Positions 29,398-39,870 are shown, counted from the first letter of the stretch. The stretch: 64,000 nucleotides of DNA from Alphaproteobacteria bacterium (GCA_045615365.1 JAZLEQ010000047.1:4413-68412), one strand, 5' to 3'. Translations and numbers: made by a program. Notes: generated by a model from the letters alone, not told the origin.

Positions 29398-30444
29398 ATG
29401 TTAAGTTTTCGCTTTGTGTTCTTGTTGGTCTTTTTGATTTCGTCAAATGCTGTTGCTTCCGAAGAAGCTGTAATTTCATTGACGGATGGTGTTAGCCAAT
29501 CTACTGAAGATGTTGCATCCGAAAAAGGAGAAAAAGGAGGTTTTTGGGAATGGTTGGGTTTTGAAAAATATGGTCATGAGGCAGAAAAAAAATTCACCAT
29601 AGGAGAGGCTATAAATTTAGCTCAAAAAGGGAATATTGATGCGCAGATTTTTCTCGGCTATTCCTTTTTATACGGAGTTAATAATGTTGAACAGAACTAC
29701 GCGGAAGCTTTCAAATATTATAATATGGCTGCGGCACAGCAGAACCATATAGGGATGAATAATTTAGGAAGTATGTATTATAGCGGTCTTGGCACAAAAC
29801 GCGATATCAACAAAGCGGTTCAACTTTTTAAAATGGCTTCAAAAGCCGGAAATATTGAAGCATCAACCAATTTAGGATTTGTTTTAATAAGCAGCAGTTT
29901 AGAAAAAAACAAACAAAATGCAATGCCATATTTTGAAATTGCAGCACAGGGTGGTGATGTAATTTCAAAATTTATGTTGGGATATTCATATTATGTAGGA
30001 AAATATAGTCCGAAAGACTATCAGAAAGCAGCATCTCTGATTAAGGAAGCTGCCGATGCAGGGCTTGATGAAGCACAAGAGACAATGGCTGAAATATATA
30101 TGAATGGCACCGGAGTTCCTCAAAACTACAGTAGTGCGGTATTGTATTTGCGTAAATCGGCATCTCAAGGAAGGGTTGCTTCAATGGTTAACTTGGCGAA
30201 TATATTGTTGGATGGCAAAAAATATACTCAAGATATTCGTTCTGCGCATATTTATTATAACTTAGCAAGTGTCAGAGGAAATGATTACGCTGCAGAAAAA
30301 CGTAATGCCATTGAAGCAAAAATGAAAATAAACGAGGTTTTGGATGCTCAATCGGCTGCTGCCTCTTATAAAGAAAATCCAAGTTCTTTAACCGTTTATG
30401 TGCGTCAAACATATGGCAGCGATATTCGCTCCTACATTAAATAA
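29398..30444 (+). CDS. Secreted Sel1-like (SLR/TPR-type) repeat protein
   Basis: ATG at 29398 after CAGGAG. Signal peptide FVFLLVFLISSNAVAS. Repeated A..YY..AA.QG...A...LG..Y..G.G modules. Confidence 0.75.
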   Translation: MLSFRFVFLLVFLISSNAVASEEAVISLTDGVSQSTEDVASEKGEKGGFWEWLGFEKYGHEAEKKFTIGEAINLAQKGNIDAQIFLGYSFLYGVNNVEQNYAEAFKYYNMAAAQQNHIGMNNLGSMYYSGLGTKRDINKAVQLFKMASKAGNIEASTNLGFVLISSSLEKNKQNAMPYFEIAAQGGDVISKFMLGYSYYVGKYSPKDYQKAASLIKEAADAGLDEAQETMAEIYMNGTGVPQNYSSAVLYLRKSASQGRVASMVNLANILLDGKKYTQDIRSAHIYYNLASVRGNDYAAEKRNAIEAKMKINEVLDAQSAAASYKENPSSLTVYVRQTYGSDIRSYIK

Positions 30445-30472
30445 AAAATGCCCCTTATTTATCAAGGGGCAT
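30443..30472 (-). terminator. Terminator after accC (hairpin shared with the convergent Sel1-like gene)
   Basis: ATGCCCCTT (30448-30456) / AAGGGGCAT (30464-30472). The T-run is present only on the minus strand. Confidence 0.7.
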
Positions 30473-30491
30473 AACTAAGCGAGAAAAAAAC

Positions 30492-31829
30492 TTATTTTTT
30501 ATCCAGCAAATTTTCAAGCCAATGAATATTATACATGCCGTCAATATATTCTTGTTCATTAATTATTTGCTGATGAAGCGGAATGGTTGTTTTGATTCCG
30601 TCAATTACAAATTCTTCCAATGCGCGACGCAGTCTCATTAAGGCTGCATTTCTTGATTTTCCGCTGACAATAAGTTTAGCAATCATACTGTCATAAAACG
30701 GAGGAATTTTATATCCCGAATAAATTTCCGAATCAACTCTTATACCCAATCCGCCTGGGGCATGCCATTCGCTTATTTTTCCTGCATTTGGAATAAATGT
30801 CTTCGGATCTTCGGCATTAATACGGCACTCTATAGCGCATCCTGTAAAGTTGATATCTCCTTGCGAATATCCCAATTTTGCACCGGCGGCAATTCTCAGT
30901 TGTTCTCTTACAATATCAATTCCGGTAACTGCTTCGGTAATTGGATGTTCAACTTGTAAACGGGTGTTCATTTCTAAGAAGTAAAACTTTCCGTCTTCAT
31001 ATAAAAATTCCAAAGTTCCTGCGTTTGAGTAACCTATTTTTTCAACGGCGGAACGAGCAATTTCACCAATTTCGTTTCGTTGTTGTTGGTTAAGAGCCGG
31101 TGAAGGAGTTTCTTCAATAACTTTTTGGTTTTTGCGTTGAATTGAACAATCTCTTTCGCCTAAATGAACAACATTTCCATAGTTGTCTGCCAAAACTTGC
31201 ACTTCAATATGGCGAGGCTTTTGCAAATATTTTTCCATATAAACTTCATCACTTGTAAACGATGATTTTGCTTCTGCTCTTGCCATTGTATATGCGGTTT
31301 CAATTTCTGTTTCGTTAAAGGCAATTTTCATTCCTTTTCCGCCACCGCCGGCTTTAGCTTTAATAATAATCGGATAACCTATTTTTTCAGCCCAAACTTT
31401 AGCATCTTCCACTGTGTTCAGTGCCGGAGATCCGGGAATAACCGGCAAACCTGCTTCTATCGCTGCTTTACGAGCAAGTAACTTATCGCCCATCATGCGA
31501 ATTTGTTCCGGTTTCGGACCTATAAAAGTTATGCCGTGTTCAATAACCATTTCTGAAAAATCGGCATTTTCGGACAAAAAACCGAACCCCGGATGAATGG
31601 CATCGGCACCGGTTATGATTGCTGCTGATATAATGGCTGATTTATTTAAATATGAATCTGTTGAACGAGCCGGACCTATACAGACTGCTTCATCAGCTAA
31701 ACGCACATGCATGGCATTAGCATCAACTTCCGAATGAACCGCAACGGTCTTAATTCCCATTTCTCTGCAAGCTCTGTGAATGCGAAGAGCCACTTCGCCA
31801 CGATTTGCAATTAAAACTTTTTCAAACAT
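30492..31829 (-). CDS. accC: Biotin carboxylase
   Basis: MFEKVLIANRGEVALRIHRACREMGI... and ATP-grasp motifs throughout. The ATG at 31829 is preferred over the TTG at 31847. Confidence 0.93.
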   Translation of the reverse strand: MFEKVLIANRGEVALRIHRACREMGIKTVAVHSEVDANAMHVRLADEAVCIGPARSTDSYLNKSAIISAAIITGADAIHPGFGFLSENADFSEMVIEHGITFIGPKPEQIRMMGDKLLARKAAIEAGLPVIPGSPALNTVEDAKVWAEKIGYPIIIKAKAGGGGKGMKIAFNETEIETAYTMARAEAKSSFTSDEVYMEKYLQKPRHIEVQVLADNYGNVVHLGERDCSIQRKNQKVIEETPSPALNQQQRNEIGEIARSAVEKIGYSNAGTLEFLYEDGKFYFLEMNTRLQVEHPITEAVTGIDIVREQLRIAAGAKLGYSQGDINFTGCAIECRINAEDPKTFIPNAGKISEWHAPGGLGIRVDSEIYSGYKIPPFYDSMIAKLIVSGKSRNAALMRLRRALEEFVIDGIKTTIPLHQQIINEQEYIDGMYNIHWLENLLDKK

Positions 31830-31839
31830 AAGATTTACC

Positions 31840-32310
31840 TTATTCAATAATCAACAAAGATTCGCCATACTCAACTGGGTTGCCTGATTCTACCAAAATT
31901 TTGGTAACGATTCCCGAGCGATGAGCCTTTACGGGGTTAAATGTTTTCATTGCTTCGATTAAGCAGACGATATCACCTTCTTTAACAGAGTCACCAACAC
32001 TAACATAGTCAGGTTTTGACGGATCCGGTGATAAATAAACTACACCGACAATCGGCGATTTAACGGTGCCGGCATTGTTTGAATAATTATCTATTGCAAA
32101 TTCATCTTTTATCGGTTCTGCGGAAGCGGTAGCCGGTTGGGCTTGAGGAACCTTAATTTGAGGAAGCTCATATGTTGTAACGGCTCCGCTCAAAGCTCCT
32201 TTTATGTGAATTCTGCAATTTTCATTTTCATATTCAAGTTCTGTAAGTCCGTTTTTGTTTAAAATTTCGGCAAGCTTGCCGACAATTTTTGTATCAATGA
32301 CGTTTGTCAT
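31840..32310 (-). CDS. accB: Biotin carboxyl carrier protein
   Basis: C-terminal biotinyl domain with the EAMK motif (CLIEAMKTFNPV). The start is uncertain (ATG at 32310 or GTG at 32322). Confidence 0.9.
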   Translation of the reverse strand: MTNVIDTKIVGKLAEILNKNGLTELEYENENCRIHIKGALSGAVTTYELPQIKVPQAQPATASAEPIKDEFAIDNYSNNAGTVKSPIVGVVYLSPDPSKPDYVSVGDSVKEGDIVCLIEAMKTFNPVKAHRSGIVTKILVESGNPVEYGESLLIIE

Positions 32311-32365
32311 GTTTTTTCTCACTTCGTTGGTTAATTAAAATAAAAAATTATTTTTTTTAAATATC

Positions 32366-32460
32366 AAAAAAAATACAAAAAAACAACAAAAAATGCGTTT
32401 TTTTCATTTTTTTTATCATTTTTATTGAAAAACGCTAAAAAAACAAAAAGTTGAAAAAAA
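32366..32460. promoter_or_regulatory. Helically phased A/T-tract block (predicted intrinsic curvature) upstream of the sigma-54 promoter
   Basis: Homopolymer tract centres at about 32369.5, 32380, 32390.5, 32401, 32410.5, 32421, 32430, 32440 and 32457. Most spacings are 9-10.5 bp. Confidence 0.5.
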
Positions 32461-32495
32461 GAGTAGCAGTGTTAAAAAAATAAAATTCAAAAAAA

Positions 32496-32511
32496 TGGCA
32501 CGGGTTTTGCA
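32496..32511 (+). promoter_or_regulatory. Sigma-54 (-24/-12) promoter of the fliK-flgD-flgE operon
   Basis: TGGCAC-GGGTT-TTGCA is an exact match to the TGGCAC-N5-TTGCA consensus. It lies 44 nt upstream of the fliK ATG. Confidence 0.8.
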
Positions 32512-32554
32512 TTAAAATCTGCATGGTTTAATTTTTTTGTGAAAGTGTGCCGTT

Positions 32555-34024
32555 ATGGAAATACAAGATAGAAATGGTTTGTTGCAAAATCTCTTGAATC
32601 TGCGCGATTTCGGCAATGCAGCTCCTGACTTGGGTGGAGTTGAGTTTGTTGATGTTTTGAAATCGCAGCCTGATAAGGATTTTATAAGAGAAAGCGTTGC
32701 CGATAAGTTTGTCTTGTCCAAAAACGATTATATAAAATCGGATTCTGAGCAAAAAATGGTAAATGCTTCAAAAAAGAAACTAAATAAAACTGCTGAAAAA
32801 AATGTTGATGAAGAAAAGAAGCCTGTGAAAAAACATGAGGTTGATGAAGAAAAAGCGGTTTCGTCAGAGAACGGGCAGGTGGAAAAAGTTGTTTCCGAAA
32901 CAAAACGCAAAAGTGAAGTGAATGATGTAGTTTCAGGTGTTTCCAAAAATGTTGTAACTGATGAAAATTTGGCGCAAGAGCATGTGATAAACCCGGTTAA
33001 TGTTACTTTCGCAACGATTGGTGACGAGGATGCAAGTGAGTTGTTGTCTGATGTTGATGCCGAAATTTTGTTGCAAGATATTGCTTCGGATGAAGCGGCA
33101 ACAGTAGAGGAGTTGTCTGTGAGCCAAGAAGAATTTGAAAAGTTCGAGCAGGCAAAATTACTGGATTCCAAACTTGGAACAGATAAAAAAATTAAAATTG
33201 AGGTCGATGTAAAAGAGGAAAAAATTGCCGCTGTTCCGGTTAAAGACATTTTGCAAAATCGTTTCGAGTTTGATGAGATTGTCAGAAATTCTGAGGAAGC
33301 TTCGCAAAGTAAGTCTCCGGATGATGTATTTGCCGAAAATTTATCGGAAGAGATATTGACTCCGGAAGTTGAGACCGATTCTCATCCTCAAACAAAAGCA
33401 TTCCCCGAAGTGTCTGTCCCCACAAAAAATGACACTGTTGCTTTTGCAGAGGTAAAAATTGCCCAAGAAAGCATAAAACAAGTATCTTCCGATACATCTG
33501 TTTTATCGCTTTCGGGCAAAGAAGCGGTTTGGGAAACTGCTAATGTTTCGCACCGAGAAGCTTTTTCTCGTATAAACGAAACTTCCGTTCGCGAACCGTT
33601 CAAGGGTTTGGGAAAAGAAGCTGTAGAGCAAATTAAAGTGAACATAACCAAGTCTGCGGTTAAGGGGATTGATACTATAGACATTCAGCTTAAACCTGAA
33701 GATTTGGGCAAAGTTCAGGTTAAGATGCAAATATCAAAAGATGGAAAATTGCAAGCAGATATTGTTGTTTCGCGTCAAGAAACTTTAGATGTGTTGCAAA
33801 AAGAACTTTCATCTTTAACCAAAGCGTTTACTGATGCTGGATTTGATGCTGATAACAGAAGTTTTAATTTTAGTTTTCAGGGAGAGAACCAAGCACAAAA
33901 ACAAAAGGATGATAACGGCTTTTCAAACTTCATCGGTAATACCTTGGAACAAGAGGCAGAGCTTATAGCCGAGAATAACAACTTTGAATATGATCCGATT
34001 CGTGGACTTAATATCAAAGTTTAG
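32555..34024 (+). CDS. fliK: Flagellar hook-length control protein FliK-like
   Basis: Acidic, low-complexity N-terminal two thirds. C-terminal Flg_hook-type domain (IDIQLKPEDLGKVQVKMQISKDGKLQADIVVSRQETLDVLQKELSSLTKAFTDAGF). Lies immediately upstream of flgD and flgE. Confidence 0.75.
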   Translation: MEIQDRNGLLQNLLNLRDFGNAAPDLGGVEFVDVLKSQPDKDFIRESVADKFVLSKNDYIKSDSEQKMVNASKKKLNKTAEKNVDEEKKPVKKHEVDEEKAVSSENGQVEKVVSETKRKSEVNDVVSGVSKNVVTDENLAQEHVINPVNVTFATIGDEDASELLSDVDAEILLQDIASDEAATVEELSVSQEEFEKFEQAKLLDSKLGTDKKIKIEVDVKEEKIAAVPVKDILQNRFEFDEIVRNSEEASQSKSPDDVFAENLSEEILTPEVETDSHPQTKAFPEVSVPTKNDTVAFAEVKIAQESIKQVSSDTSVLSLSGKEAVWETANVSHREAFSRINETSVREPFKGLGKEAVEQIKVNITKSAVKGIDTIDIQLKPEDLGKVQVKMQISKDGKLQADIVVSRQETLDVLQKELSSLTKAFTDAGFDADNRSFNFSFQGENQAQKQKDDNGFSNFIGNTLEQEAELIAENNNFEYDPIRGLNIKV

Positions 34025-34043
34025 AGTATAAAGGAGAAAAGAA

Positions 34044-34820
34044 ATGACAGACTTAAGTTCAATCATCAGTTCAATTAATACCGGTGCTAATAAAGGCGCG
34101 GTGGCTAACCAAACCTTATCCGCCGATATGGATACATTTTTAACTCTTTTAACCACTCAACTCCAATACCAAGACCCTTTGGAACCTATGGATGCATCCG
34201 AATATACCAACCAGTTGGTTCAATATTCAAGCGTTGAGCAAGCCATTCAAACCAACTCAAAATTGGATAATTTGCTGAACTTGTCAATTTATAATTTGGG
34301 GGTTCAGGCTTCTGCATATGTAGGCAAAACCGTTCAAGTTTTGGGCGATATGATGCCCTTGGATAATGGCGTTGCGAAAGCAACCTACACATTAAGCAAA
34401 AATGTTCAGGAATGCACTATTTTGGTAAAAGATACAGACGGAAAAGTTGTATATTCAGCCCAAGGCGATAAAACTGCAGGAGCTCATGATTTTGTGTGGG
34501 ACGGTAAAAATTCGGCTGGAGAACAACTTCCTGACGGAGCATATCAAATTTCGATTAATACGGATGTTCCCTCAGGCGAAGCTGCAGCCAGTGTAACCAC
34601 AACCGTATTCGGACGTGTTACCGGTGTGGCAAGCGATGAAAACGGTATATATTTAGGTTTGGCAAATTCTATCACTGCCACACTTGATTATGTTTTAACA
34701 TCACGTGATGAAAAATATTGGGACGAATTGATTGCCGAAATAGGAAAGGGCAGTCAAGACGAATCTGAAGAAAAGAATAATACAGAAGGTTTAAATATTA
34801 ATAATGCGCAATTTGCGTAA
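34044..34820 (+). CDS. flgD: Flagellar hook capping/assembly protein FlgD
   Basis: FLTLLTTQLQYQDPLEPMD motif and a FlgD Ig-like C-terminal region. Confidence 0.88.
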   Translation: MTDLSSIISSINTGANKGAVANQTLSADMDTFLTLLTTQLQYQDPLEPMDASEYTNQLVQYSSVEQAIQTNSKLDNLLNLSIYNLGVQASAYVGKTVQVLGDMMPLDNGVAKATYTLSKNVQECTILVKDTDGKVVYSAQGDKTAGAHDFVWDGKNSAGEQLPDGAYQISINTDVPSGEAAASVTTTVFGRVTGVASDENGIYLGLANSITATLDYVLTSRDEKYWDELIAEIGKGSQDESEEKNNTEGLNINNAQFA

Positions 34821-34844
34821 TAAAAAAGTTTTAGGAGAATAAAA

Positions 34845-36989
34845 ATGAGTATTTTAGGTGCAATGCAAGCGGGTGTTTCTGCCTTGGGCGCTCAGTCGAG
34901 TGCTATGGGTGCGGTGTCCGATAACATCGCCAACATGAACACCATCGGATACAAAAATAACAATGTATCTTTTTCAACTTTGGTAACCAAACAAGTTTCT
35001 TCAAGCAGATATTCAACAGGCGGCGTTCAATCAAAAACTTCGCAAAGTATTGACACGCAAGGTTTGCTGTCTTCTGTATCATCAGTAACGTCGTTGGCAG
35101 TCAGCGGTTCGGGATTCTTTGTGGTAAACTCACTCAATTCCGGTGACGGAACATGGGCATATACACGAGCCGGCGATTTCTTAAAAGACGAAACCGGATA
35201 TCTGGTAAACAGCGGCGGATACTATGCTCAAGCTTGGTCTTTAATGCCGTGGGACGGTAATGCATCCGCAGCAACCGTTGAAATTAACGGCCTTGTTTAT
35301 ATGAAGGCTTATAAAAATGAGCTCGGTGAAACCGTATATATTAACGACAATATAGTAGATGCACGTAACCTCAGAGGTATTAATTTATCAAATATCGGCG
35401 GAACTGCAACATCTACAACACAAATTTCATTTGGTGCAAACCTTCCTTCAAATGCAAATGTAGGACAAACATATTCAGTTTCAACTCTTATTTATGATAG
35501 TCTCGGCAACCCGAGTAACATAAGCTTGAATTATACAAAAGAAAACGCCAACAGCTGGGGATTGAACACTTCTATTCCGTCGGGTGTAGCCGCAATAAAT
35601 ATGTATACCCCCGACACCAATCTGGTTTATTCAGCGGTTGCGCAAATGGAATTTAGTGATATTCCGGCAATCGGATCGACCATTCATATCGGTGATAAAA
35701 TTTTTGAATTCGTTGACGGTAACGCTCCTAACGGAACAAACATCGGTGTAAGCCTCACAGGTGTTAACGCTATTTCCGATGTTTTGAATAATTTTATGTC
35801 CGCAATCAGAAATAATATTCGCGATGCCGGACGTTTTAGCATTGAAGACAACTCAATCATCGTTCGTCAATCGGTAACCGGTGAGGCGCTTACTTTTGAT
35901 TGCAGCGGAACATTGGCATGTGTTCAGTCTTCGGCAAATATTGATAAATCATCGGGTATTGCATCCGGTAAATTTACTCTTGATGCCATCGACGATTCTA
36001 TTAAAAACTGCGCATATGTTGATATTAATAATTTGACAGCAGGCGACAGTATAACTATAGACGGAGTAAAATTTATCTTTGATGTCAATCCCAACCCCGG
36101 TGTTGATACTCCCAATGTGGAATATACAGGATATGAAGCAGGCAATTCTATGGCTGATGCTGTATTAGGTTTGGTTAAAGCGATTCAGGGCTCCGGTGTT
36201 GCTGAACCTGAAAGATTTGTTGCCAGCGGAAATACATTGCAAATAATTCCGACATCAACAGGAGCAAAAATCAATATATCCGAAATTGATATTACCGCAA
36301 GTGAAGCTAAATTTTTTAAGAATGCTCCTGCGCAAACCATCAATCCTGGACCTACAACATATATAACTAATGACTTCATATACGAAAATGTTGCTCAAGT
36401 AGGTTCGTTGGTTCCTGCTATCATGTTTAATGCAGATGGAACCCCCAAAACAATTAATGTTAAAGACATGGCAGTATATTGGGCAAACGGTGCGCAAAAT
36501 ATGACCGGAAAAATCGCAGACGGAGACGGTGTGCGTATTTCTATCAATATGGGTGAGGAAAATGTTGCCAGCGGTTTAACCAACCTCTCCGGTGAATTTT
36601 CAACCGGCTATATTAATCAAGATGGTGCCACATTCGGAAGCTACAGCGGTGTAACCGTTGATGACAGCGGTGTAGTAACTGCGGTATTTTCAAACGGAGA
36701 AACACGTCCGATAGCTATTATTCCTTTGGCATTATTTACAAACGCTAACGGAATGGGAGCCTTAAACAATAATGTGTGGATTGCCACAACCGAGTCCGGA
36801 AATCCCTTGTTGACCAGAGCCACAACCGGCGGTTCCGGTGAAATAGTTTCAAGCTCTTTGGAAAGCTCTACGGTAGATCTTGCAACTGAGTTTTCAAATA
36901 TGATTATCGTTCAAAGAGCATATTCTGCTGCAGGTAAGATCATTACCACATCAGATGAAATGCTGCAAGAATTGACCAATCTGGTCTGA
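34845..36989 (+). CDS. flgE: Flagellar hook protein FlgE (enlarged, 714 aa)
   Basis: N-terminus MSILGAMQAGVSALGAQSSAMGAVSDNIANMNTIGYK. C-terminus VDLATEFSNMIIVQRAYSAAGKIITTSDEMLQEL. Large central insertion. Confidence 0.9.
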   Translation: MSILGAMQAGVSALGAQSSAMGAVSDNIANMNTIGYKNNNVSFSTLVTKQVSSSRYSTGGVQSKTSQSIDTQGLLSSVSSVTSLAVSGSGFFVVNSLNSGDGTWAYTRAGDFLKDETGYLVNSGGYYAQAWSLMPWDGNASAATVEINGLVYMKAYKNELGETVYINDNIVDARNLRGINLSNIGGTATSTTQISFGANLPSNANVGQTYSVSTLIYDSLGNPSNISLNYTKENANSWGLNTSIPSGVAAINMYTPDTNLVYSAVAQMEFSDIPAIGSTIHIGDKIFEFVDGNAPNGTNIGVSLTGVNAISDVLNNFMSAIRNNIRDAGRFSIEDNSIIVRQSVTGEALTFDCSGTLACVQSSANIDKSSGIASGKFTLDAIDDSIKNCAYVDINNLTAGDSITIDGVKFIFDVNPNPGVDTPNVEYTGYEAGNSMADAVLGLVKAIQGSGVAEPERFVASGNTLQIIPTSTGAKINISEIDITASEAKFFKNAPAQTINPGPTTYITNDFIYENVAQVGSLVPAIMFNADGTPKTINVKDMAVYWANGAQNMTGKIADGDGVRISINMGEENVASGLTNLSGEFSTGYINQDGATFGSYSGVTVDDSGVVTAVFSNGETRPIAIIPLALFTNANGMGALNNNVWIATTESGNPLLTRATTGGSGEIVSSSLESSTVDLATEFSNMIIVQRAYSAAGKIITTSDEMLQELTNLV

Positions 36990-37014
36990 TATTTCAAAAA
37001 AATCCTAAAACTGA

Positions 37015-37052
37015 AAAAGCAGAGATTTCAGAACGAAATCTCTGCTTTTTTT
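37015..37052 (+). terminator. Terminator after flgE
   Basis: Perfect 14-bp stem AAAGCAGAGATTTC / GAAATCTCTGCTTT followed by a T-run. Confidence 0.85.
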
Positions 37053-37195
37053 TGTAAGGTTGTTAATATCTCAAATAAACAGTTAACTAAAATATATTTT
37101 TAAGTTAAATGATAAATAAATGGGGAATGATTCGTTTGATTGCAATAATTAGACGAATCAAAAATTGTTTATTTTAATTATAGATTGGGGAATCT

Positions 37196-38821
37196 ATGAA
37201 TAATAATATATTGCAAGCAATAAAAAACATGTCGCCGTCTAAAATTGCGTCAATAGCGGCTATAGTTATCTTTCTTATCAGCTTTTTCATATATATAGCG
37301 GTTCAAGTCGGAAGTGATGAATATTCCATATTATATTCCGATGTTGAATTGGCAGACGCCAAGCAAATTGTTGCCAAGTTGGAAGAAAACCGAGTAAAAT
37401 ATCGTTTGGAAAAAAACGGAACCGAAATTTTGGTTCCTGCAGAGGATGTTAACAGGCTTCGTTTGGAAACGGTCGATTTTGCAGTCGGTTCCAGCGGAAG
37501 TAATGTCGGGTATGAAGTTTTCGATTCTTCTGACGCACTAGGTTCTACCAATTTTGTGCAAAATGTTAATTTGCTGAGAGCTCTTGAGGGTGAGTTGGCT
37601 CGCACCATAAAACTTGTTGATAATGTTCGTTCGGCAAGAGTTCATTTGGTTATGCCTAAAAGAGAGGTATTTTCTCGTGAAGAGCAAACACCTACAGCCT
37701 CAGTTGTAATCAGAACAAAAAATGGTCCTCTTAGCTTGCAAAATATTCAATCTATTCAAAAGTTGGTTTCGGCAGCAGTTCCTAAACTCAATGTTAAAGA
37801 TGTGGTTATTGTTGATGCAAATGGCAATCTCTTGACTGAGTTCAGTGAAGAGCAAAGCGAGCTGTTAAAAGTGACCAACAACGAAACAATGCGCATAGAA
37901 CAAGAAAGAAAACTCAATCAAAAACTTCAACGCATGTTGGAAAAAAGTTTGGGAGTAGGCAGAGTTCAGGTTCAGGTAAATATAGACATGGATTTTGATG
38001 AAGTCGTGACCAATGAAGAAATTTTTGATCCTGACGGTCAGGTTGTTCGCTCACAAGCAACCATTACATCGGAAGAACAAAACGGCAATGCGGCATCTCA
38101 ACCGGTAACCGTCGGGCAGAACATTCCTAATGGTGATAATAATTTTGCAACCTCGGGTGGCGAATATGGGGCAGCTTCAAAAACTGAAGAAACAATTAAT
38201 TATGAAATATCACGTATAGTTCGCAATAAGGTTAAGAATACCGGCACAATTCGTCGCTTAACCGCAGCGGTTTTGGTTGATGGTTCGTATAAGAAAGATG
38301 AAGAAGGTAAATTGATATATCACCCCCGCAGTTCAACTGAGCTGGATCAGATTGCGGCTTTGGTTAAGTCTGCTATAGGTTATGATGCAAACAGAGGTGA
38401 TGTTGTCGATGTTGAAAACTTGCAATTTGCATCATTAAGCGACGAAGGTGCTGAATTAGGTGAAAAACTTTACTTTGGCTTTACCAAGAAAGAGTTGATG
38501 AGAATGGCCGAAGGTCTTGGGGTTGCAATAGTGGCAATTCTGGTTATTTTATTGGTTGTAAGACCATTAATCAACAATGCTTTTGAGGTTTCCGGTAACA
38601 ACAATGCTGAAAGGCTCATATCTTCCGGCGACGATAATTTGTTGTTGTCAAACTTCCTTAGCGATAACTATGACGAAAGCGCTGAAGAACTCATCAATAT
38701 GAATAAGGTTGATGGTAGAATTAAGGCTTCGTCGTTGAATAAGCTTAATAGCACCGTTGAAAACAATCTTGATGCCTCTGTTAACGTAATTCGTTCATGG
38801 CTTTATAATGATGAAAACTAA
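37196..38821 (+). CDS. fliF: Flagellar MS-ring protein FliF
   Basis: N-terminal TM helix, YscJ/FliF-type domains ([21 protein letters not shown]) and a second TM helix near aa 440-460. Confidence 0.9.
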   Translation: MNNNILQAIKNMSPSKIASIAAIVIFLISFFIYIAVQVGSDEYSILYSDVELADAKQIVAKLEENRVKYRLEKNGTEILVPAEDVNRLRLETVDFAVGSSGSNVGYEVFDSSDALGSTNFVQNVNLLRALEGELARTIKLVDNVRSARVHLVMPKREVFSREEQTPTASVVIRTKNGPLSLQNIQSIQKLVSAAVPKLNVKDVVIVDANGNLLTEFSEEQSELLKVTNNETMRIEQERKLNQKLQRMLEKSLGVGRVQVQVNIDMDFDEVVTNEEIFDPDGQVVRSQATITSEEQNGNAASQPVTVGQNIPNGDNNFATSGGEYGAASKTEETINYEISRIVRNKVKNTGTIRRLTAAVLVDGSYKKDEEGKLIYHPRSSTELDQIAALVKSAIGYDANRGDVVDVENLQFASLSDEGAELGEKLYFGFTKKELMRMAEGLGVAIVAILVILLVVRPLINNAFEVSGNNNAERLISSGDDNLLLSNFLSDNYDESAEELINMNKVDGRIKASSLNKLNSTVENNLDASVNVIRSWLYNDEN

Positions 38822-38832
38822 GGACACAGCAA

Positions 38833-39855
38833 ATGAAACAAAACATTATTGATGACTACAATGTTTTATCCGGACAGCAGAAAGCAGCTATATTGATGCT
38901 TTCTTTAGATGAGGAGCGTTCTTCAAGTTTATTTTCGTTGATGGATGATGAAGAGATTAAGGAATTGTCTGTTATTATGGCCTCATTGGGTAAAATAAAT
39001 TCCAATGTTATCGAGCAGCTGATAGCAGAATTTAATGAAAAAATATCCTCAACCGGTAGCCTCATAGGAACTTACGAAACAACCGAACGTCTGCTCGCTA
39101 AGGCCTTGAATAAGGATCGTGTTTCAACCATCATGGAAGAGATAAGAGGACCTGCAGGTCGTACAATGTGGGATAAACTTGGCAATGTTAACGAGCATGT
39201 TTTGGCAAACTATCTTAAAAACGAATATCCGCAAACTATTGCTGTTATTTTATCAAAGATTAAAGCTGATCATGCCGCAAAAGTTATTGCGTTGTTTCCG
39301 GAAAATTTTGCCATGGAAATCATTATGCGCATGTTGAGAATGGATTCGGTTCAAAAGGAAATTTTAGACAGTCTTGAAAAAACATTGCGTAAGGAATTTA
39401 TGAGCAACCTGTCCAAATCAACTCGTCGTGATGCACATGAGCTTATAGCTGATATCTTTAACTCGCTTGATCGTAATACGGAATCTCGTTTTATGGAAGC
39501 TTTGGAAGAACGTAATCGCGAAAGCGCCGAAAGAGTTAAATCTCTTATGTTTACCTTCGAAGACTTGGTCAGAATCGATTCGCAAGGTATACAAGTATTG
39601 TTGCGTGGTGTTGACAAAGATAAATTGGCTATTGCTCTTAAAGGTGCGTCAGACACAGTTAAGGAATTGTTCTTCAACAATATGTCAACTCGTGCAGGCA
39701 AAATTATTAAAGAAGATATGGACGCAATGGGACCTGTTCGTATGCGAGATGTTGAAGAAGCTCAACAATACGTTGTTTCAACAGCCAAAGATTTGGCGGC
39801 CAGCGGAGAAATTGTTGTTTCCGAAGGCAAAGACAGTGACGAATTGGTATATTAA
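38833..39855 (+). CDS. fliG: Flagellar motor switch protein FliG
   Basis: [15 protein letters not shown]..., MFTFEDL and the C-terminal torque-helix region, at the typical 340-aa length. Confidence 0.9.
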   Translation: MKQNIIDDYNVLSGQQKAAILMLSLDEERSSSLFSLMDDEEIKELSVIMASLGKINSNVIEQLIAEFNEKISSTGSLIGTYETTERLLAKALNKDRVSTIMEEIRGPAGRTMWDKLGNVNEHVLANYLKNEYPQTIAVILSKIKADHAAKVIALFPENFAMEIIMRMLRMDSVQKEILDSLEKTLRKEFMSNLSKSTRRDAHELIADIFNSLDRNTESRFMEALEERNRESAERVKSLMFTFEDLVRIDSQGIQVLLRGVDKDKLAIALKGASDTVKELFFNNMSTRAGKIIKEDMDAMGPVRMRDVEEAQQYVVSTAKDLAASGEIVVSEGKDSDELVY

Positions 39856-39870
39856 GGGAAGTATAGTAAG

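Noticed and set aside
37053-37195. A CtrA-type TTAA-N7-TTAA box upstream of fliF, expected by analogy with Caulobacter class II promoters.
   Set aside because: Several TTAA tetramers occur, but their spacings are 16, 13 and 1 nt, none with the required 7. In DNA this AT-rich, isolated TTAA motifs carry no information.
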